From Octopus sinensis (Eukaryota), in assembly GCF_006345805.1 (NCBI RefSeq), contig NC_042999.1:135656001-135720000 (forward strand): a stretch of 64,000 nucleotides of DNA. The letters run 5' to 3'. Positions 1-41,934 of this stretch are shown one piece after another (within the stretch, counting starts at the first letter, position 1; every line of letters begins with the position of its first letter). The notes below the pieces were generated by a model. That model searched no databases. It saw only the letters and a program-made list of their open reading frames with translations, and was not told the origin of the DNA. A program made the translations under genes and the position numbers.

Positions 1-207
1 CCACCAACTGACAACCAGTATTGGTTTGTTTACATCTCTGTAACTTAGTAATTTCGCAAAAGTAACTCATAGAATATGTACTAGGCTTAAAAAATATGTT
101 TGATTCGTTTGATGAAACCTTTCAAGATGGTTCCCCAGCAAGGCCACAGTCTGATGACTGAAATAAATAAAAGATTCAAGACAAAAGATAAACAAAGAAC
201 TATTTAC

Positions 208-27316
<27,109 letters not shown>

Positions 27317-29300
27317 TGTATTTAGCCCTTTTTTTCTCTATAGATGCAACGATTTATTCTCAATTTTGGCTGGCTGTACTCAGAGCTTGCTTCAAATGAA
27401 TTAAAAATAAACCGAAATGAGAAAATGAGAACTGAATCAAGCAAAAATAAAGAGAAAATATTTCTCAAGTGAATAGATAAACATACTGAGTTGTACTACT
27501 TACTAGTAGTAAGTACAATGGCCGAGACAAAATGTCTTTAAACAAAATCCTAAAGGTGTTGCCGACCCGTTTAAGTTTATAAATATTCCTTAATGTAGTT
27601 AAAGTATATAGCAGTAAAATTTTGAATAATTAAATGTAATCTATTTACTGATCATCAACTATATACTTTTCATAATTCTAAGTCAGATAATTAGACACAG
27701 ATGTAGTAGGCACTCACTCGCAAAACTTTAGTGTGTACGTGAAAAATTAGAGTTAATGATAAATAAGAAAATTGAATGATCAATAATACCATATATAATA
27801 ATTGATCGGCAGATCTACTTAGTGACCCACCCTGATCAGATATGCTAAAATGGACTTGTACCACAACGGTTACAAACAGATTCGTTCAGAGAGTATTTTC
27901 TTGGCTACTTCTTTCCATTAATCAATAGGTTTTCGCCTTGAAATATCATTTAAATTCAAATTAATCTAGGCAGGTATTTCCAGTAATTAGGTGATCTTAG
28001 ATCTCCATTTTGTGCTTAACCTGTATATATAGAAAGAGAAAGAGTTGAAGGCAACACAGTAAAGGTTGTTATTAAGTGGCGGATAAAAGGAATTAAGGAG
28101 CACAGAAATTGTAAAAGAAAATGTAAATATTACAATAACAAGAAGAGGTTAAATATAAGTTAATAACCTTTAGTATGGGTTTTTGTTTAGTATTTTTTAA
28201 GACGACGCGATTTGAAAGATCCGTAATGTGAAATTAGTTGTAAGTTATCAACGAAGATACGGAAGAAGTTCGCTAAACCACTAAAAAATTATATATAATA
28301 GTAATTTGATAATGTTCTTCCTTTTTTTATAACAGAAGCAATGATTATAAGTTTGCTCTTAGTGAGTGTGAAATGTAGGCAAGCAAACCCAATGGATCTA
28401 GAGAGCGAAGGAAAGAAAATAGAACGGAAGAGAAAAAAGGCGGGTAATGCTGTCAGGAAGACTACGAGTCCAGAGTGATTAGAGCAGTGATTAGAGAAAA
28501 GTTTTGAAGTTGAACAGAAATAATTAATTAAACTGGAGAAATATCTAATGTAGCTCGTTAAAAATATTTAATAATGATAAGGAGAAAAAAACAGTGAAGA
28601 GAATTTCTAAATGAATAACTCTTCGAACTGAATGAAGTTTGCTTGTATTTCTTCTGCTACCTTGACCTTCGCTACATGCCGATTAGTTTCCCTATTGGGT
28701 GGCCTTGACCTTCGGTTCACTGCTGAAAACCGGACGGTGAAAAGGGAAAATAGTCTCCTATTCACAACTTTGTCGTCTATTACTTGTTTCAAAGACGTAT
28801 AAACTGTATTTTTTTTAATTACTTGTAAAGAAATAACTATCGCTTCTTAATTTCCTAATTTTCAAAAATAGGGCGTCAGATGATTGCTTTAGATTATCGC
28901 ATACTAGTTAGATGTTTCTGTTTATTCTTGGTATCTTGCTTAAACTAATTAATTTATTGATTTTCCACACAAATCTGCTTCCCTTATTGTCATTGTGTTA
29001 ATAGTTTTTTTTCACCATCTTTCTTCGTTTTCTCTATTTTCTCAAGAATGCGTTCGCAATATCAATAAATCATACTCATTTCTAATTTAATATATAATGG
29101 GCCTATTAAATATGACGACATATGTAACCTATATGTATTTTTTGTGTGTTTTACACATCTTTGAAGATATAATAAAGATTTATTCACTTTGTGAATAATT
29201 GCATGGTAATTCTGGTTAATTAGCGGGAAATTTTCTACATAGTTGCTTGACCTGTTGAATGTCAAACTAACGAAAGAGCATCTGTGACAACTCGACTAGC
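27317..29300. promoter_or_regulatory. Putative RB1 promoter / 5' regulatory region
   Basis: No recognisable transposon and visibly more CpG than the flanks. Contains a CCAAT box (ATTGG 28694-28698) and two CCTTGACCTTCG copies (28660-28671, 28703-28714). Confidence 0.5.
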
Positions 29301-30139
29301 AAAAAATAGCAGCCACATATTTAGCAAATGAGATACAGTAGTCTGTTGGTATCATTTTTTTATATAGTAGACATACAAGTAATACTATATACGAACAAAT
29401 AAAGGAATCTGGTCCCTCAAGCAGATAGAAATAGCAGCCATATCTTAAAATACATCCTACAGGCTTCAAATAAGAGCAATTTAGTTTAATATACTCTACG
29501 TCTAAATAAAAACAATATAGTCACGACTGAAGTGTCTTTAATCATAGGTCAACAGAAATAAATCCAACCTGGAGGGAAACAATAACGTGTTAGATATAGG
29601 AGCTAAATTTATCTTAAATATGTCCTATATCTCCGAAAAGGGAACTACCAATGACCACATAAAAAAAAAACTAAGGATAGTATGTCTACAACAAAGATGG
29701 AGATGAACGTGATCTAGAGGCTATTCCAATGAAGTCAAAACAGCTATTTTATTAGAGGACATTCTATCAGTTTCCCTAACTGTCAGTGTATGTGAGTGTA
29801 AGCCGAAAAAAATGGAGCAAATCATTTTCTCTGACGCTACACATACATTCTTTTTATAACTTAATCTCAATAGAAAAATAAGTACTTAAGATATATGCAG
29901 GACATCTAAGACAGTAGAGAAAGGAAGAAAACGCACGACTCATAGGTTTGTACATTAGGAAACAACACCTCGAAATATGAAGTTATTCTCAGACTACATG
30001 AGATCTGGACAAAACATTTATTACAGAGCTAACTTCACTGAAAGCACTCAAGGACTATGGTGTGCCCCTTATATAAAACCGAATAGTGGGTAGGAAAGAA
30101 GACAGAATCCTGCTACCACTAGGGAGATGGTCATGCTTG

Positions 30140-30900
30140 ACATATAGAAAAGTAAGTAAAAATTCCATGGTGTGTATCCAGTGTAAACCATGGATACACG
30201 AGATGAAGTGGGATCATAGGTGGGCTAACAGAAAAGGTAAATTTCACAGGTAGCAGGCACATAGGAGTAGTAAAAGCATACATGAAACAGACTCCCTTCG
30301 ATGCTCAGGAAGCTCTCTAGAAGTAGTTGGTAGCTTCTGTTATTTGAGGACCAGATTCTTTTCTACTCAAGGCACAAGGCCTGAAATTTTGGGGGAGGGG
30401 GCCAGTCGATTAGATCGACCCCAGTATGCAACTGGTACTTTATCGCCACTGAAAGGATGAAAGGCAAAGTCAAGCTCAGCGGAATTTGAACTCGGAACAT
30501 AAAGACAGACGAAATGCCACTAAGCATTTCACCCGGCGTGCTAACATTTCTGCCAGCTTGAGGACCAGATTGACAGAAGATGAGAGGCATTGTGAAAGCA
30601 GAATAGCTAGAGTAAAAATTTACTGGAAAAAGTTTGGGGAACTGTTATCTCTACTTGCAACAAAGGGTTTCTGTCTCTCAGAGTAAAGGGCAGATTGTAT
30701 AATGTTTGTGTATGAAATGCAATGCTACATGGTAGTGAGGTGTGGGTATTGAATGGTGAGTATTTGTAAAAATAGAAAGAAATGAAGCGGGTGTACTCCA
30801 CTCAATGTGCCATACAAGTGTGCATGAATGTTGGAGCACAAAGAAACAGAAAAACTGAACAAAAGAAGACATGTAATGAACAAGAGAAACAATTGTGTTG
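30140..30900 (+). mobile_element. Decayed RTE-clade LINE segment interrupted by a SINE
   Basis: SRIAR..W.KF.ELL.LLATKG..L..KG.LY..CV...ML.GSE.W remnants. Confidence 0.7.
30358..30557 (-). mobile_element. tRNA-related SINE with 14-bp TSD
   Basis: TTGAGGACCAGATT at 30344-30357 and 30558-30571. Same family at about 33060-33470, 53327-53545, 55815-55975 and 55976-56180 (tandem). Confidence 0.85.
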
Positions 30901-33900
30901 GTCTGGGTATGAAGATTAACCTACCTATGGCAAAATGGATGTTAAAATTGTGTATATATAAAGATATGCATAAGTATCTTTAGGTATATGTATGTGCATG
31001 TATATATGTATATGTCTGTATATATACATATACACATAATTCAGCTTTTTATTTGCCTACACAGCAACTCCAGTTGCTAACCATGAACTATAAAATAACA
31101 TTTTTCAGCTTATCAAGTTTTTGATATGGGAAAAATTTACAACCTTCTATGTCAATAAACCACTATTGTTCCAGAAAGTTGCTTTTTATAACTTCTACAG
31201 GCCACTGAAAACTTACTAGCTTCCTACACCTTGATCCTTAAATAACATAATGCAGTATATATATCATCATCATTTAATGTCCGCTTTCCATGCTGGCATG
31301 AGTTGGACTGTTTGACTGAAAATTGGTAAGCCAGTGGGCTTACCAAGTTCCAATCTGATGTGTGTGTGTGTGCATACATCACTGAGATCATTGGTAGCGT
31401 GTCACCTCTAACACTCTTATCACTCATCTCTTCTATTGCATATCACTCTCGTCACTCATCTATCTGCCACCCATAACTTTATCATTCATGCTCATCTCTC
31501 AATCGCACTGTACTACACTGTTTATGGCTGCAGATAGCAGTGAATCTCTTCTATTCACCATACATTGCTTTCAGTATAATTAGGGATGCATTAAGATGGA
31601 CCTTTTACCAACATACTACCTCTGCATCTCTCATCCTCATTTTTGCTCTCTCACCCAGCTCAAGGTATATGCAAAACAGACCGCATCAGATGTACATGTA
31701 CTCCATACACTCTACCTATATTCCTCAACTCTAGCCATTTGATATTAACATTCATCATTTATGTTCACCTCTTACTATCCATCACTCTCTCAACCTATCC
31801 TCTCAAGAGCTAATGCCTTGACAAAATGTTCCAATGCACTGTTCTAAGCATGAGGTTGAGTGGGTCTTTTTTGTTTTGTCTCTGTTGCTGGTACCATGAA
31901 AAAATGCACCTAGTACATTGTTCTTATGGGGCAATGATTTTGTTTGTTTTTTTTAGATTATCAATACTTGTCACTTGATGAGTGACTACAAAAGTTATCC
32001 AACCTGGTTTTAGCATGCTAGTTCTTTTTTAGGTTGTATTTATTTCTATGACTTTAGTCTAGTGATTTTTTTTTTTTAATCAAAGATTTATTTCATGACG
32101 CATCATTAGTAAGTTAAAAGGATATTAATAGGCTACATATACAAATTTGTTGTTTTGCAAACTTATCTCCCTCTCTCTTTTTCTGTTATTGCTATCCTAT
32201 CCCAATTCTATCCCCAGATAACCCTGTCCATTATACTTCCCCACCAAATTCTCTCTCCTTCCATCTCCCCCAAATTTTGGCACATCTCATATCTTTTCTC
32301 TTTCCCCCATTATTCTCCTCTTCAGTCACTTCAGCAAATACTCATTTCTGAGGTTACTGAGAACTCTCTGCAATTAACACTCCTATCTTCCCCTCCTAAA
32401 TGCCCTTTCTACTGTCATTGCTCTCCCTTCTCAGTCTACACATCTGAGGTGACTGAGTATTTTTTTACATTTACTGTGTACAAGACATCCCATCTCTAAC
32501 TATGGTGCTATGGCAGAATCTGTTGCCCTCTCTCTGCAACTGAATGGTGAACAAGGCTCCCTCCTTGGTGCTGGTGCCATGAAAATTAGCCCAGAACACA
32601 CTGTGTAGTGATAGGCAAATCAGCAGGGAAAGTGTAAGGGTTATAAGGTTCTTTTATAATCTTGCTTTATCAAGGACTATACATCTCTAGCGTTGTACCC
32701 AGTACAATGAGTTCTGTGGACATAGGAAAGGCATAGAAACCTACAAATCAACTCACATGACATATCTGAGCAATAGTCTTTAGAAGCAGTAGTTCTCAAT
32801 AAGAAATGTCTTGGATCATGATGACCCTTTCAGCTCATGCTAGCATGGAAAGTGGACATATGATGATGATGATAAATGACTCTCAACCATGTGGTTTCAG
32901 ATTCAGTCCCACTATGTGACATCTTGGGCAAGTGTCTTCCAATGCCGTGAGTGAATTTCATTAATGAAAAATTTTCCTTCAAACATGTATCTAAAAAATT
33001 TCATCAACCAAATTAATTTGCTAACATTATGGGGTCAGTCATAGACTAATTTATAATAATGGTTTCTAATTTTGGCTAACAATTTTAATGGAAGGAAGCA
33101 GGTCGATACCCTCAACCCCAGTACTCGACTGACACTTTATCAACCCCAAAGGAGAGGCAAAGTTGAACTTGCTGAAATTTGCCATGGAGAACCGGAAGAA
33201 ATGCTAGTACACATTTTTCCTGATTCTTAAGATTCTGTCAATCCCCCACCCTTGACAAACATAATAATTCTTTCTTATTTTAGCACAAGGCCAGCAATTT
33301 TGAGGGGAGTGTACATTGACCCCAGTGCTCAATTGGTACTTATTTTATTGGCTCTGAAAAGATGAAATGCGCTATTGACCTCAGTAGAATTTGAACTCAT
33401 GACATAAAGCTGGATGAAATGTAACTAACCATTTTATCCAGTGTGCTAACTATTCTCCTAGCTTGTCACTTTTGATCAAATTAAAAATTTTTTTTAGGCA
33501 TAGCTGTGTAGTAAGAAGCTTGCTTCTCAACCACATGGTTGTAGGTTCAGTCCCACTGCATGACACCTTGGACAAGTGCCTTCTACTATAGCCTCAGGCC
33601 AACCAAAAGCTTATGAGTGAATTTGGCAGACAGAAACTGAAAGAATTCCATTGTACATATGTATATGTGTTCGCCCCCCCACCACCACCACCACTACTCA
33701 CCACTGCTTGACAAATGGTGTTGGTGTGCTTGCATCCCTGTAACTTAGCAGTTCAGCAAAGAGACCTGCTAGAATAAGTACTAGGCTTAAAAATAAGTCC
33801 TGGGGTTGAACTGTTTGACAAAAACACTTCAAAGCAGTGCTCCAGCATGGCCGCAGTCAAATGATTGAAATGGTTAAAAGATAAAAATATAAATAAAAAA

Positions 33901-34954
33901 GGGTTCAACACCTATAGATCTGAAGAAATGACTTCTGTACATGTACAACTGATTTTCCAGAACTTGGTCCCAAGGCTTTTCTAGATTACAGTCTTTTTCC
34001 AAACCACTGAGTGATCATCTTTGTCAACTCACTCTAAATTAAACAAATATTAAATTGATAGCATGTTGTCAACTTAATGTGGCAGTCCCATGAAAAGGAA
34101 GAGTGCTACTGTTATAATGCACATTAACCATTTCATTTATCATGTGAAAGCCTACCTAGTTCACATCTTATTTAACAAGTTTGATTGCTGGTTTTCATTT
34201 AACTAGCTGTATAAACTTCAATACCAAAATGATAATGAATGGATAACATTTGCTGATAAAATGTGATGAGATCAACAGATGACTTTGTCAATACATGACA
34301 AGATAATCAGCTGAGATATCAACAGTCTGTAACCTGATACCTACAGTGTTGTACCCTACATAACAACAGTTGAATTCGGCAAGAGCTAAGTACCTTCTTA
34401 GTAATAGATTAATTTCAAATTTCAGTTCAAGGTCAGCAATTTCAGGGGATGAAGTAAGTTGATTACACTAACCACAGTGCTCAACTGGTACTTATTTTAT
34501 CAACCTCAAAGAATGAAAGGTGAAGTCAACCGTGGAAGAATTTGAACTCAGAACATGAAGATGAATGAAATAATGCAGAGCATTCTGCCGAGGATGCTAA
34601 TGATTCTGCTGGTAATGTAGATGTAAATTTTGGTTCACTTGTTCATGTTGCATCTAATTTTCCATGCTGCCATGGGTTGGCTGGAAACTTGAGACAATAT
34701 TTTGCAGTTAGATACACTTCTCTTCACAACACTTACCTGTTCGAAAACATGCAAAATGAAAGTTCCCTTATTTGAATCCATTTTGCAAGTAAGGAATTTT
34801 CATCCTGCAGGTCTTCAAAAGCACAGAGTTACAGGATGTAATGCTTATAAAGAATGTAAGCATGACATCAATGCTTTACTCAGTGTCATGTAGAGATGCA
34901 GAATGTCAACATTCATGCATACACACACACAATGTGTGCATGTGTATAACGAAA

Positions 34955-34987
<33 letters not shown>

Positions 34988-37900
34988 GTATGTATTTGCT
35001 TGCTTCATGAGGCTGGTTAGTGGTCTCTGAGAAATCATGGGTAGTGCTGACCAGTGTTCTCCATTGCTGGTGGTCATGTACCAGCCCTTCTGCATCCTCC
35101 AAGGTGATGTTGAGCCTCTAAAGATCTTCCCCAATCACGTCCAGCTATCTGTATGTGTTGTATCAGAGTACCAACCAGCATACGCAACCCTAACCTCTGA
35201 ACATAGGGTTTGAATGCCATGAATTTCTTTCAAGCAATTAACCCTTTCATATTTAAACCAGCCATATCTGGCCCAAATATTCTACCTGTTTTATGTTCAA
35301 ACTTGTCAGATCTGGCCTGTCACACCTATCCTACAATATCATTCTAAAAATAAACAAGTATTACATTTGAAGAGTAATCTGAATGCTAAAGGGTTAAACA
35401 AATTTTTGACAACCAGTACATTGTCTGTCAAACCTATCTTTCCAACTTAATTTATTTTTCCATTTTATTGTCATTTGTATCCATTTACATTCCTTATTTT
35501 CTTTGTTTTAGCTCATTCCTGAACCCATTTAACTGTTCTCTTCAAAGTTTGATTCATTTTACTCCAAGGGCCTACTCTTAGGTGTGCAGCCATGTCTTTA
35601 CAGCTGTCTCACCTACACTGTGGTATATTTGTTTGGTCATATTTTAAAAAATTATGTGTTATTTTTCCTTCTCTCTCCCCTATCATTGGTTGGATTAAGA
35701 TTCATGTACATATAAAAAGAAAGTTGATTTCACAAATTGTATTTCAACATATCAATTACATCAACTTCAGTATTCAACTGAAGGTTCATTAAGAAAAGAA
35801 AAATAAATACTTATTTCTGGATTTTAATGACTTATCTACTATTCACACAGACAAAATCCAAACAGCTCAAAAAGAATAGGCTTCAATTCCAGAAAAACCC
35901 TGATGATATTCCAGTCATGGTCAGTTGTTAATCCACTACAATAATCAAAAAAAAAAAATCCACCTTATAGTACAGCTCACATATCTGAGTTGTTGATGCT
36001 GGTTGCTGTATACACAAATATAAACAACCAAACTGCCATTTAAATTATTAAAAAAAAGAAATTAACACACAAATATACGAGTATTGACTCATGTGAGCAA
36101 TGTTTCTTATCTCTGATCTTATAAATTTGCTATCTGCATTCACATCTCTCTTCCTACTATATCTCATTTTCTACATCACACACCTGTCCCTCATTACTAA
36201 CCCATCAGAGTTACAAATTTCAGGAATTCTATTCATACATCTGTCTTGCTAATAGCAGATATTCAGACTGAACATCAACTACTTTGAACTCATCAAAAGT
36301 TGAGTGCTAGTTCTCCTCTGACTAACTATAAAATACCAAAATACCTCAAGTGTCACTTGGAGGGTCTTTCTGAACATATCCAAATATTTTTCCTAGAATT
36401 TGTTGCCTTAACTTCAGACTAACTTTGTATATGCATTCTTGTTTGAGAAGATTTTATTTCATAAGATGGTTCCATTACTTTGTAAGCAATTTAAGTGAAT
36501 TACCTCTTAATGACGGATGAAATTTTAAGGTTTCATACTTGTTTTTTAATGTATTTTCAGTATGTTGTAACAATATCATGCTTTCATTTATCTATCTGGA
36601 AACACAGGGCAATTCAACAGCCTTTAATGTAATTAATTTGATGGTATTCTTTTTATGTTTTCTACAGCCAAATGATCCTTGATTGAATGATACAACCACT
36701 ACCACTAACAAATGATATTTCTAACTCTATTAAAAAGTGTAGGTGTGATGCAGAATATATATAGCAAGACATAGTATTCAATGTGGGAGATCTGTAAGAG
36801 AAACGAGTTATGTGCAATATGGGTGTGAAATTTTGGTACAAAGCCAGCAATTTTGGTGGCAGGTTAGGTCAATTACATTGACCCTGAATCCAAAAAGATG
36901 AAAAGTAAAGCTGACCTTGGAGGGATTTAAACTCAAAACATCATGCAGGTGGCAAATTGGCATGCTAACAATTCTGCCAATTTTCCACCTTCAAGTTAGG
37001 TGCAATATTAACTGACATCTAATATGGAGCAATAGGGAGATGAAACAATCATTGGGAGTTAAGGGGATTTGATATGTGCAGAAGCAGCTACACTGTATGA
37101 TATATAATGCAGGTGGATAGAACTGGCAGTGGGAAAAAAAATTCTGTGTACTGATAGTGAAAAGGACCTATGTCAGAGAAAGACCAAGAAAGAATTATCA
37201 TTTCTTAACAGGAACTTGTGTCAAATGTCTACATTGATATATCAGACTTCCTTTCACTCTTAAGTATCCATCAACCAACTTAAATTTTTTGATGTATCCC
37301 CACAGACAGAGCTTGTTGAATGATTCATGCATTACTAGCAAACATTGTTATCCAGCAGCAATCACTAGCAATAGTTGGATGATCCTTCATTAGTCTCTTG
37401 GTATGCTACGTACATCAAGCAGTAACAGTAGTTGTAACCAGGTGATTAGGTCACACTGATCCTTCTGCAGACTGAAGTCTTTAGCTGGCAGCAGGTGAGC
37501 CTATTTATATGAGGTGTTATTGCAGCCTAGATACAGAAAGCGGTAGCATAACTCTAATGTTAGGTGCTGCTACTGAACCCTAACTGAACATGTTATCTAC
37601 TCAATAGGGCTAACTGTTAAAAACTAGATTTCTTTGATTTATGAATTTATAAATAAAACTAATTACAATTCTTTTATTCGAACTAAAATGATATGCTGTA
37701 TTGATTTATTCAATATGTTTGGTTGGGGCTAGTGGCACAGATCTAGACTAGATATTACTTTTATTGGTTTCAGTTACTGGATTGTAGCTATGTTGGGGTG
37801 TTGCCTTCAAGTTTAAGTTGGTGTTTAATATTTAGTTGATATATTATAGACCAGTCATGGGAAAACTGCAGCCAGTGAGACTTTCTGAATGGCTCAGCAA

Positions 37901-39133
37901 CAAAAAAATCACCTTGAATTCTTTTTTAGTAGTGTGGCTTGCCTTTTTGAGAAAGGTTATCCATGTCAGTTACTGACTCCCCAGTACTTTGTCCACAAGA
38001 TTTGGTAGACAAAATACAAGGTAGTTTCACTTGATACATTGATATACACATCATTGACATGCAAACACATATGCACATAAGAGAGGATTCTGCATAGTTT
38101 TTGTTTACCAAGTTTCACCTACAATGTGTTGGTCAACCCAAGGTTATGGTAGATGATACTTGCCTAAGGTGCTGTGCAATGGTTACAAAACCAGGAACTA
38201 TGTCCACATAGGTATACCTGATTTATGTTTACTGACACACTAGTTAAAATCACATTGAAATTTGTCTTCTATTCTTCTGGGGATTAATAATTAAGCATTT
38301 AGAAACATATAGGAATTATTGATATATTTGAGGGTGGAGACACAGTAATGCTTGAAGAAATAACATTTTCACATAAAATGCAGACAAAATGTAATAAAAG
38401 TTAATATAAAATTGTAAGCATAATATGAATAGTGATGAAATCACAATTTTTTTTTTCAATGTCACATGTTTTTATCCTACATTTCCTATAAAGTTTCATT
38501 GATTTCATTTATTCAGAAATTTTTTTTGAAGCAAAATAGTCAAGCTAAAAGATAATGTTTATACTTTTTCAGTTGCTACTGAATAGTTCTATGCCATATA
38601 TCTTAACATTTTGCCTGCCCAAAGCATTTTCATAAGTTTGTTCTAAATGTCCATGCTTGTTTTTCAGACTTTTAGTTAGCCCATTTCATGTTCTGTATAA
38701 TATAAAGCATTCCATTCATAAGTCCCAAGTTATTCTGATGGTTGAAAAAAATTGTGAACATGTATCATATATGATGGAAAAATTTCTGTGTATCACATGT
38801 AATACAAGGACCGGCAAAGGGTTAAAAATATGAAATGATTATGAGCTGTATGAATAGAGAAGAAGAAATATCTGAAAAACAGATAAGTAAAAGATTCTAT
38901 TATTGGTTTTATCTAATGCCTAATAATACAAAACTAGATTTAAGTTTGTTATACATAGTATACTAAGCATGTACCAGGATCATATTAGAAAGGTTTACAT
39001 TGAAAAAGAACACTTATAAGTTAAAGATTTGAAAAAAGTTGAGACAATTAAAGAAAGAAATTTAAAGTGAGCACCTAGCAACAATAAAATTGAATAGAAT
39101 TATAAATCAAGACTTATTCGTAAACAACAATAT

Positions 39134-39139
39134 TTTATT
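39134..39139 (-). terminator. Candidate polyadenylation signal (AATAAA) of SUCLA2
   Basis: Minus-strand AATAAA about 735 nt past the stop codon. AT-rich context makes chance matches common. Confidence 0.3.
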
Positions 39140-39491
39140 GCATTATATAAATGATGAAATGTTTTCTGAATTCAAAATACCTTTGAGCATGAACAGATCA
39201 ATCATTCAGAAATAAGGTTAGTTGAAAACCATAATAAACTCAACACATTTAAGATAATGGTTTCCTTTTCAAATATATTATTTTAGTAATATTATCAGTA
39301 CAAAATAATATGAAAACGTATTTTCCCAACACTCAACAAGGAATGGACATACAATGTAACAAGACATGCACTAATGTTTTCAAATGTATTTGTTTAAAGA
39401 AGGCTGTGTTTAAAGGCAATTAAAATCATTGCAAATTTTGTACATTATTGCTGTAGCAACAATTTTTCTTTGTTGTCTGTATCAATGTATA

Positions 39492-39548
<57 letters not shown>

Positions 39549-39873
39549 TCTGAATGCATGTATTTGTATGTGTGTATATAAATCATTATTGCCTTGGTCA
39601 AATAAAATCCAATGAACTATTTGGATTTTAAGAGGTAAGATTACATTATTGGTGGTACTTCTATAGAAGAGTATTGCTAATAAATAGCAACTATTGTGTA
39701 GTTCTCATAAACCTAGTTTATGAAGAATTATGTAGATAATCCATTGTATTGTTTTTCAGAAATTGATAGGAGCTGGTGGATTGAGAATCAACTCCTTGAC
39801 ATTATCTATTATTGTCATCTATAAAGCAAAGACATCTTTGGTTGAAATGGGAAAATTACAAACAATATAAGTT

Positions 39874-39948
39874 TCACAATGGCAACTCAAATTTAACGTC
39901 AACAAAAGCTTCTCGGGCAAGACCGACAATGGTGGACAATCTAACAAT
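39874..39948 (-). CDS. SUCLA2: SUCLA2 last coding exon (75 nt): [24 protein letters not shown]
   Basis: ttttcag acceptor; TGA at 39874-39876; resembles the human C-terminus VVKLSEIV..VDVKFQLPI. Confidence 0.94.
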   Translation of the reverse strand: MVRLSTIVGLAREAFVDVKFELPL

Positions 39949-41903
39949 CTGAAAATAAAAAAAATATATAAACAAATATTAAAGAATCTTTAACAATATT
40001 CAGATAGTTTATGCTTAGTAAATTCAATAACTTTAAATTAATTCTTGCATTCAGTTTTATAATGTATTTTTCCATGCTGGCATGGATTAAAGAAGACTTG
40101 CTGAGGCAAATTTTAAATGGTCGAGTGTTGGCAAGAAGAAGTCCTGTTCTTTCACTAAAACAACAGGACATCTAGCTTTTCAATAACTGTAAACAAGACA
40201 CTGTTTTTGCATAGATGGTTTTAATGGGGACAACTGGAATGACATTCACACACACATTGTATTTATTTGTGTATATATATATATATATACTTTAAGTTTG
40301 TTTATGTGAAACGTTTTCGAGTGGGCTCATGAAAAGATCCTATTTCTTCTGGATACCATTTATTATTTCCATATCTCAGAGAGATTTTATGAGATGGTTT
40401 TTAGTCTAGTGCAACTATAGCAAAGGATGAATAAAATAATAAGAACTTTTGGAGGGAAATTTATGAATCCTTTAATACATTTTCTATGTACATTTCCACA
40501 TATCACGTCTTTTCTAGTTGCATTTCCCATCCATAGGAAATTACAAATATGATTTGCAATATCCATGGATTTTAAAGGGAGCTATAAGTACATGTATTTG
40601 CTTCTTCAGGAAGACAATTGCACCAAAAGAAATAAACACAAATATATATATATATACATATCATGCAACCACGTGACCAACCAGATCATCAGATGTTGCT
40701 ACACATCACTGGTCACAATGAGTTCGCATTGTTTTAGCCTTCGAATGATGCCACCCCGCTGGCTAAGCGAGCAGTCCAATATATATATACATATAAATAA
40801 ATAAATAAATATATATATATATATGCATAAATACATATATAAATATCAGCGCCGCCTTGACTGGCTTCTGTGCCGGTGGCACGTAAAATGCACCAACTGA
40901 TTGTGGACACTACCAGCCTCCCCTGGCACCTGTGCCGGTGGCACGTAAAAAGCACCCACTACACTCACGGAGTGGTTGGCGTTAGAAAGGGCATCCAGCT
41001 GTAGAAACACTGCCAGATCAGACTGGAGCCTGGTGCAGCCTCCTGGCTTCCCAGACTCTGGTCGAACTGTCCAACCCATGCTAGCATGGAAAACAGACGT
41101 TAAACAATGATGACATACATATATATATGTATTGTGAATCCCTAAAACTTGAGAACTACAGAACCAATTTCATTCAAATTTTACACATGCCTTACTTGGG
41201 GTCCATGTAGTGTCATAGGCCAAAAAAATTTTTAACTTCTTGCCTAGTGCGAGCCCACAGCAATATCATATCTTCTCCACTATTTCAGTATTACGTGTCA
41301 AAAGTGAAACAATAACATCTCTCTATTGTAATGTCAGATACTTTCACTTTAATACTGAAACTATTAAAGTAAAACTATTATAATTTTATCTATAAAGGTT
41401 ATTTTAACATACCGATCTACTCGGTTAAATTGCTAATTAATTGATTAATTAATTTAATACATTTTACCCTTCTATTATTAATTTAAAATTATAATTTACT
41501 CCATGATAGAATATTGCAGTTTTCTGCGGTATTGCTCATTGCATACACGTGGGTATAAAGCTTGAATAGTGTATTCACATTCGGTTCTGTAAATTTTGGA
41601 AGTGTTGGTTGGATATCTGTTACATGATGAAGCTTGGTTGTGTGCATATTCAGCTATAGCACTTTCAAATTTTATAAAAATTGGAAATATTATACTGAGG
41701 AGAGAAGTAAGTAAAATTCAAATTACTTTAATCTCGAAACACATATATAATTAATCCTGGTTGTGTTGATTCATTGTTTTTCTCTTTGCTTTCATAAAAA
41801 AAGCATGTTTACCGTCATGGAGATTCTTATAGTAGCAAAAAAGGAATTTTTAACTCCTATTTCTAATTTCGGTATGTGGTGAAACAGTTAGCTGAACCCT
41901 AAT

Positions 41904-41934
<31 letters not shown>

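Noticed and set aside
28607-28792. 61-aa minus-strand ORF upstream of RB1
   Set aside because: Starts at a non-ATG codon, resembles no family I know, and has no compatible splice sites; better explained as regulatory DNA.
35850-35918. Plus-strand exon-like segment (TKSKQLKKNRLQFQKNPDDIPVM) between the two genes
   Set aside because: No partner exons found and its 3' part resembles a dispersed repeat; insufficient support for a third gene.
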